Positions 60,229 through 64,000 of a stretch of 64,000 nucleotides of DNA are shown piece by piece. The position numbers and the translations under genes are program-made. Position 1 is the first letter of the stretch. Each line of letters opens with the position of its first letter. The stretch is from positions 21,142 to 85,141 of the forward strand of contig CAKQGY010000003.1 of the NCBI GenBank assembly GCA_934234055.1. The letters are read 5' to 3'. Under the pieces are notes generated by a model. The model saw only the letters and a list, made by a program, of their open reading frames with translations. It searched no databases and was not told the DNA's origin. The stretch is from an uncultured Alphaproteobacteria bacterium (GTDB taxonomy: Bacteria > Pseudomonadota > Alphaproteobacteria > CAAHEQ01 > UBA3637).

Positions 60229-61284
60229 ATGAATAAAATGGCATTTTTGGGGGCACTGTTGCTGACTTTACCGGTTGTGGCGGCGGACTATACAACGGCT
60301 GTAACTTATTATGACCGCCAAATGTATGGTCAGGCTTTTGACGAATTTAAGCCTTTGGCCGACGCGGGCGATTCGCGATCGCAATATTATTTGGCTTATA
60401 TGTATTTGAACGGCTATGGTGTGCCGCAAAGCGATGCCCAGGGCCTGGCTTATTTGGAAAAGGCCGTTGCCGACGACTATGCCAAGGCCGAATCGTTATT
60501 GGCCTATCTGTATGCCAGCGGCACGATTGTGGAAGAGAACAAACCCCTGGCAGTCGAGTTATATGAAAAGGCCGCTGCCCAAGGCGATGATGATGCGCTG
60601 CTCAATTTGGGGATTATGTATTATCTGGGTAATGGTGTGGAAAATGATCGTGCCAAGTCCTTGGAACTGCTGCAAAAGGTAAATAAGACCCGTCGTCCTG
60701 TCGTTGGCCGGTATTTGGGTAACCTGTATCAATACAGCACTGATGAAAATATCCGCAAAAAGTCCAAGGATATGTATACTTATGCGGCCTATAACGGTGA
60801 TATGCCATCCATGCACGCGCTGGGTTTTGTGGAGCAATCAGGCCTTTTGGCCGACAAAAACCCGGCCGAGGCAGTCAAGTATTATACTTATGCGGCCTCG
60901 CAAGGGTATGCCCCGTCGCAGTATATCTTGGCAACGCTGTATGCAAATGGTGAGGGGGTTTCTCGTGATATGTATAAGGCGCACGCCTGGATGGTGATGT
61001 CCGAAAACCGAGGCTTTGAGAACGCTGCTGACGGTCGACGTCAGCTGGAAAAGAATATGACTTTGTCTGATTTGGACAAGGCTAAGCGCGCCCTGATTGA
61101 ACTGGAACGCGATGTGATGGGTAAAGTGGAGTCGCCAATCACGGTGGCTGATGCCAAGGGTGTTTTGCAAGAGGTGGTATCCGACGCTGTGGCGGCCTCA
61201 TCGGTTGCAGGGAGCGGAGTTGCTGTGGGGGCTCAAACCCCGGCAGATATAGAAATATCGCATCGTCGGTCTCGCCGGCGTTAA
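60229..61284 (+). CDS. Secreted Sel1-like repeat (SLR/TPR) protein
   Basis: Signal peptide and 7-8 Sel1 repeats (YYLAYMYLNGYGVPQSDAQGLAYLEKAA pattern). Confidence 0.75.
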   Translation: MNKMAFLGALLLTLPVVAADYTTAVTYYDRQMYGQAFDEFKPLADAGDSRSQYYLAYMYLNGYGVPQSDAQGLAYLEKAVADDYAKAESLLAYLYASGTIVEENKPLAVELYEKAAAQGDDDALLNLGIMYYLGNGVENDRAKSLELLQKVNKTRRPVVGRYLGNLYQYSTDENIRKKSKDMYTYAAYNGDMPSMHALGFVEQSGLLADKNPAEAVKYYTYAASQGYAPSQYILATLYANGEGVSRDMYKAHAWMVMSENRGFENAADGRRQLEKNMTLSDLDKAKRALIELERDVMGKVESPITVADAKGVLQEVVSDAVAASSVAGSGVAVGAQTPADIEISHRRSRRR

Positions 61285-61299
61285 CCTAAGGAGCATAAT

Positions 61300-61617
61300 A
61301 TGTCAATTAAAGAGTTTTTTCAGCCGTTTTTTTCATTTCGCATTTTGATTGTGGCCGGGATCGCGTTCGGATTGTGGCTGTTTTCCCGCGCGTCCGAGTC
61401 GTTGCCGCTGTCGGTGCTGTTGTCCGAAAAGCAGGTTTATCTGGTGCCGTTTTTGATTGTGGTCGGGTTTCATTTACTGCTGTGGATCTTGGTGGATAAG
61501 GTTTCTCTGTATAACATCCGGGCGATTTTATGGCACATTGTGCGCGATACGATTGTGATAACGGCGGTATTTCTATCCACGGTTGCGGCGCGTTATTTGG
61601 TGGCGACATTCCTGTAA
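61300..61617 (+). CDS. Hypothetical small membrane protein
   Basis: Three hydrophobic segments. No family recognised. Confidence 0.35.
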   Translation: MSIKEFFQPFFSFRILIVAGIAFGLWLFSRASESLPLSVLLSEKQVYLVPFLIVVGFHLLLWILVDKVSLYNIRAILWHIVRDTIVITAVFLSTVAARYLVATFL

Positions 61618-61639
61618 ATAAAAAAAATTAAAAAAAGAC

Positions 61640-61668
61640 TTGCAATTTTCAAAAAAATCTGGTATATA
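61640..61668 (+). promoter_or_regulatory. Predicted promoter TTGCAA-N17-TATATA for tRNA-Asp
   Basis: Near-consensus hexamers with 17-bp spacing, about 18 nt before the tRNA 5' end. Confidence 0.5.
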
Positions 61669-61685
61669 GAAAATAACCTGATTTT

Positions 61686-61763
61686 GGGGGTGTAGCTCAG
61701 CTGGTTTAGAGCGTCTGCCTGTCACGCAGAAGGTCGAGGGTTCGAGCCCCTTCACTCCCGCCA
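61686..61763 (+). tRNA. tRNA-Asp (anticodon GUC), CCA encoded
   Basis: Cloverleaf folded by hand. Acceptor GGGGGTG/CACTCCC with one G-U pair. Anticodon loop CUGUCAC. T-arm GAGGGTTCGAGCCCCTT. Confidence 0.9.
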
Positions 61764-61800
61764 CTAAAATCCCCTCTTCCTCCTTGGGGATTTTTTTTAT
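61764..61800 (+). terminator. Rho-independent terminator after tRNA-Asp
   Basis: AAATCCCC-loop-GGGGATTT followed by a T run. Confidence 0.7.
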
Positions 61801-61870
61801 GCCCGCTAATTATTTGATTGAACTTCCCCGGAATCCGTGCTAAACTGACGCCGAACGATAACGGAGTAAT

Positions 61871-62254
61871 TTGACAATGAATGAAACATCAGGCTTTCCT
61901 GCCCGCCCGCGGGCCCCGACCCCCGAAATTCCCGACGTGTACTCGGTTGGAACTTACCTCAAACTACCCGTGTTTGTGCTGGTTATAGCCCTGACCACGG
62001 CCGCCCGTCTGGAAACGACCGACCCGACCGGCAGTCTGTATTGCCTGATATCGGGGTGTGTTTTAAGCGCTGTTGTCGGCCCGGTGCTGTTCGTGTGGGA
62101 TCAAATTAAATTGCACCGTTATAAACGGGAACACCCGGATTACCCGCTCAACCTGTGGTCCCGGTATATTGTGTTTATCGGGTTATATGCCCTTGGGTTG
62201 TATGCGATTGTATGTATAGCGGCGGCCATGTATCACTTGGTCGGCCAACCATAA
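61871..62254 (+). CDS. Hypothetical membrane protein
   Basis: Four predicted TM helices. No family recognised. Confidence 0.35.
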   Translation: MTMNETSGFPARPRAPTPEIPDVYSVGTYLKLPVFVLVIALTTAARLETTDPTGSLYCLISGCVLSAVVGPVLFVWDQIKLHRYKREHPDYPLNLWSRYIVFIGLYALGLYAIVCIAAAMYHLVGQP

Positions 62255-62317
62255 AATATTCTCTCTTGACAAAATTCAAAAATGTGATAAACTGACATTC
62301 ATCAGGAGGTTTTTCTT

Positions 62318-62632
62318 ATGCGATATATCGTTTCAGAAAGTCAAGGTCAAATTCACACGGCCGTTTGGGGCAAGTCTCAATTTCGGGACGACAAAGGGCG
62401 TGAGTGCTCTCATCGTGATTATTTGCGCAACAACGGCATAGCGTTTGAAGATGTGCTGGCCGTGGGAGATGTGCATTTTGATCCGAAAACGGGTCGGGCG
62501 ACATTTGCCGAATTGCCGTGGGATGGTCCCAAGCCGATGACCGAGGTTGCAAAAGAGGCTTTATCCGCCGCGGCTACCGCGTATTTTGATGCGCATAAAA
62601 CAGATCCGGACGCTGAGATTGCGGCCGACTAG
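62318..62632 (+). CDS. Hypothetical protein
   Basis: 104 aa ORF with a plausible RBS (AGGAGG). No family recognised. Confidence 0.35.
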   Translation: MRYIVSESQGQIHTAVWGKSQFRDDKGRECSHRDYLRNNGIAFEDVLAVGDVHFDPKTGRATFAELPWDGPKPMTEVAKEALSAAATAYFDAHKTDPDAEIAAD

Positions 62633-62941
62633 ACCGCTTTTCAAGCCTATCAGGAACGTCAGCGCCAATTTCTGGCCTCCCAACGCTAAGGTTTTTCCCG
62701 CCGTTCTTCTTTACGCCATACAATCGTATTCTTAAAAATCCACCTCCGCTGCCATTTTTCGGTTGCTTCCCCCGGCCGTGTGATGTATAATGCTCTATGG
62801 GCGGATGGTACCGGAACGGGTGCGCTGTCCGTCGCATTTAACACAGAAGGAGGGCGATATGCCTGCTACATTTAGACTGTTTTCGATAATGTGCGCTGAT
62901 CGGCGTTTGCCGGCCTGCCTTGCCTGTGTATCGGAGGCCGT

Positions 62942-63787
62942 ATGCCAAAAGTTTCCGTCCTGATGCCGGTGTATCAAACAGATGAAGCCTATTTGCGACA
63001 GGCGATTCAAAGCATTTTGAATCAAACTTTTTCGGATTTTGAGCTGTTGATTTTGGATGATTGTCCCTCTAATTCTCGGGAGCAGATTGTGCGCTCGTTC
63101 ACCGATTTGCGTATCCGATATCAGAAAAACCCGAAGAATCTGGGTATTTCGGCAACGCGTAATCGCCTGCTGGATTTAGCCAAAGGCGATTATTTTGCCG
63201 TTATGGATCATGATGATATTGCCATGCCTACACGCCTGGCATGTCAAGTCCGCGTTCTGGATAACAACCCGGACATCGGTGTGGTCGGGTGCTGGATTGA
63301 GCAGTTTCCCAAATTCAAGATTGTTTGTTGGCCCGAAAGCCATATGGCCATAGAATCTTATTTAATGCAAGGGTGTGCTATTCCGCACACGGGTGCAATG
63401 ATTCGCAAATCAGCCTTACAGGGTGCGCGTTATGACGCGGCTTTTTCGCCGGCCGAGGACTATCATCTATGGTGTCAATTGTTGGGAAAGACACACTTCT
63501 ACAATATACCGCAGGTTTTGATGCGCTATCGCTGGTATGAAGGTAATACCAGTAAGAAACAAGCCCGTAAAATGTATCAAGCTTCCGTGTGCACACAACA
63601 CTGGGTGCATACCCGGCACCCCGATATTTGGGTCAGGACTCGCGATCAGGCAACCTATATTGTGCGATTCAAGCTGTTCGGCCTGATTCCGTTGGGCCGG
63701 ATGCGTCAAGTCGGCCAGCATCGCCCGCATTGGCTGCATTTTCTGCCCTTTATTACAACCAAAGCAAAATTGGAGGTCCTTGTATGA
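62942..63787 (+). CDS. Family 2 glycosyltransferase
   Basis: VSVLMPVYQ...LILDDCPSN...DHDD are GT-A/GT2 motifs. Confidence 0.8.
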   Translation: MPKVSVLMPVYQTDEAYLRQAIQSILNQTFSDFELLILDDCPSNSREQIVRSFTDLRIRYQKNPKNLGISATRNRLLDLAKGDYFAVMDHDDIAMPTRLACQVRVLDNNPDIGVVGCWIEQFPKFKIVCWPESHMAIESYLMQGCAIPHTGAMIRKSALQGARYDAAFSPAEDYHLWCQLLGKTHFYNIPQVLMRYRWYEGNTSKKQARKMYQASVCTQHWVHTRHPDIWVRTRDQATYIVRFKLFGLIPLGRMRQVGQHRPHWLHFLPFITTKAKLEVLV

Positions 63788-64000
63788 AAGGTATTTTATT
63801 GGCCGGCGGCAGCGGTACGCGTCTGTATCCGATGACTAAAATTACATCAAAGCAGCTATTACCCGTTTATGACAAACCGATGATTTACTATCCGCTGTCT
63901 ACATTAATGCAGTTTGGTATTCGTGAAATTTTGATTATTTCCACACCGATCGATACGCCGAATATCCGGAACCTACTGGGCGATGGAGCGGACTTGGGGT
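63784..64000 (+). CDS. rfbA: Glucose-1-phosphate thymidylyltransferase (N-terminal part; gene runs off the window end)
   Basis: [18 protein letters not shown]...[17 protein letters not shown] is canonical RfbA/RmlA. Confidence 0.85.
   Translation, partial: MKGILLAGGSGTRLYPMTKITSKQLLPVYDKPMIYYPLSTLMQFGIREILIISTPIDTPNIRNLLGDGADLG

Noticed and set aside
61686-62700. Genomic island integrated at tRNA-Asp
   Set aside because: There is no integrase, direct repeat of the tRNA 3' end, or compositional break downstream. Only small hypothetical membrane proteins follow.

Overview
This 64 kb window looks like a chromosomal segment of an alphaproteobacterium-like genome. The evidence is a DUF3126 gene, a split F0 ATP-synthase operon (atpI-B-E-F'-F), and overall gene content. 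It is GC-rich with a few sharp AT-rich islands, and almost all of it is conserved housekeeping genes.

Housekeeping content, in order:
- A holA fragment and lptE at the left edge.
- miaA, parB-parA-rsmG with two perfect parS sites, dnaQ, a DnaA-box cluster, cysS, an M23 peptidase, xseA, dusA and amiC.
- rne, tadA, a pseudouridine synthase, rsmD, tkt, an orphan histidine kinase and mutS.
- A BI-1 family protein, a DsbA-like protein and the ATP synthase F0 genes.
- A long dcw cluster: rsmH-ftsL-ftsI-murE::murF fusion-mraY-ftsW-murG-murC-murB-ddl-ftsQ-ftsA-ftsZ. It has no murD and no mraZ.
- rsmB, mscL, xthA, rpsA, tRNA-Asp(GUC), a GT2 glycosyltransferase and the start of rfbA.

Two accessory features stand out:
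- Two paralogous loci (about 14.9-17.3 kb and 54.0-55.7 kb) each encode a large modular protein. Each has a type IV prepilin-like class III signal and pilin head, a cysteine-rich repeat region, and an AT-rich C-terminal C-type-lectin-like module. Both loci share a conserved promoter/leader carrying a variable (CA)n tract (14 versus 4 units). Both also carry a nucleotide-level conserved stem-loop element (GATTGCCACG...CGCAATGAC) that overlaps the translation start. A truncated 5' gene fragment lies downstream of the first gene. This looks like a candidate phase/antigenic-variation adhesin system.
- A minus-strand operon at 46.2-50.7 kb encodes, in transcription order, a membrane protein, a VirD4/TraG-type IV coupling protein, an HExxH-motif protein, and a SUKH-like immunity protein. 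No other T4SS genes are visible, so this may be a toxin-immunity cargo module.

No CRISPR arrays, transposases, integrases or rRNA genes were seen.
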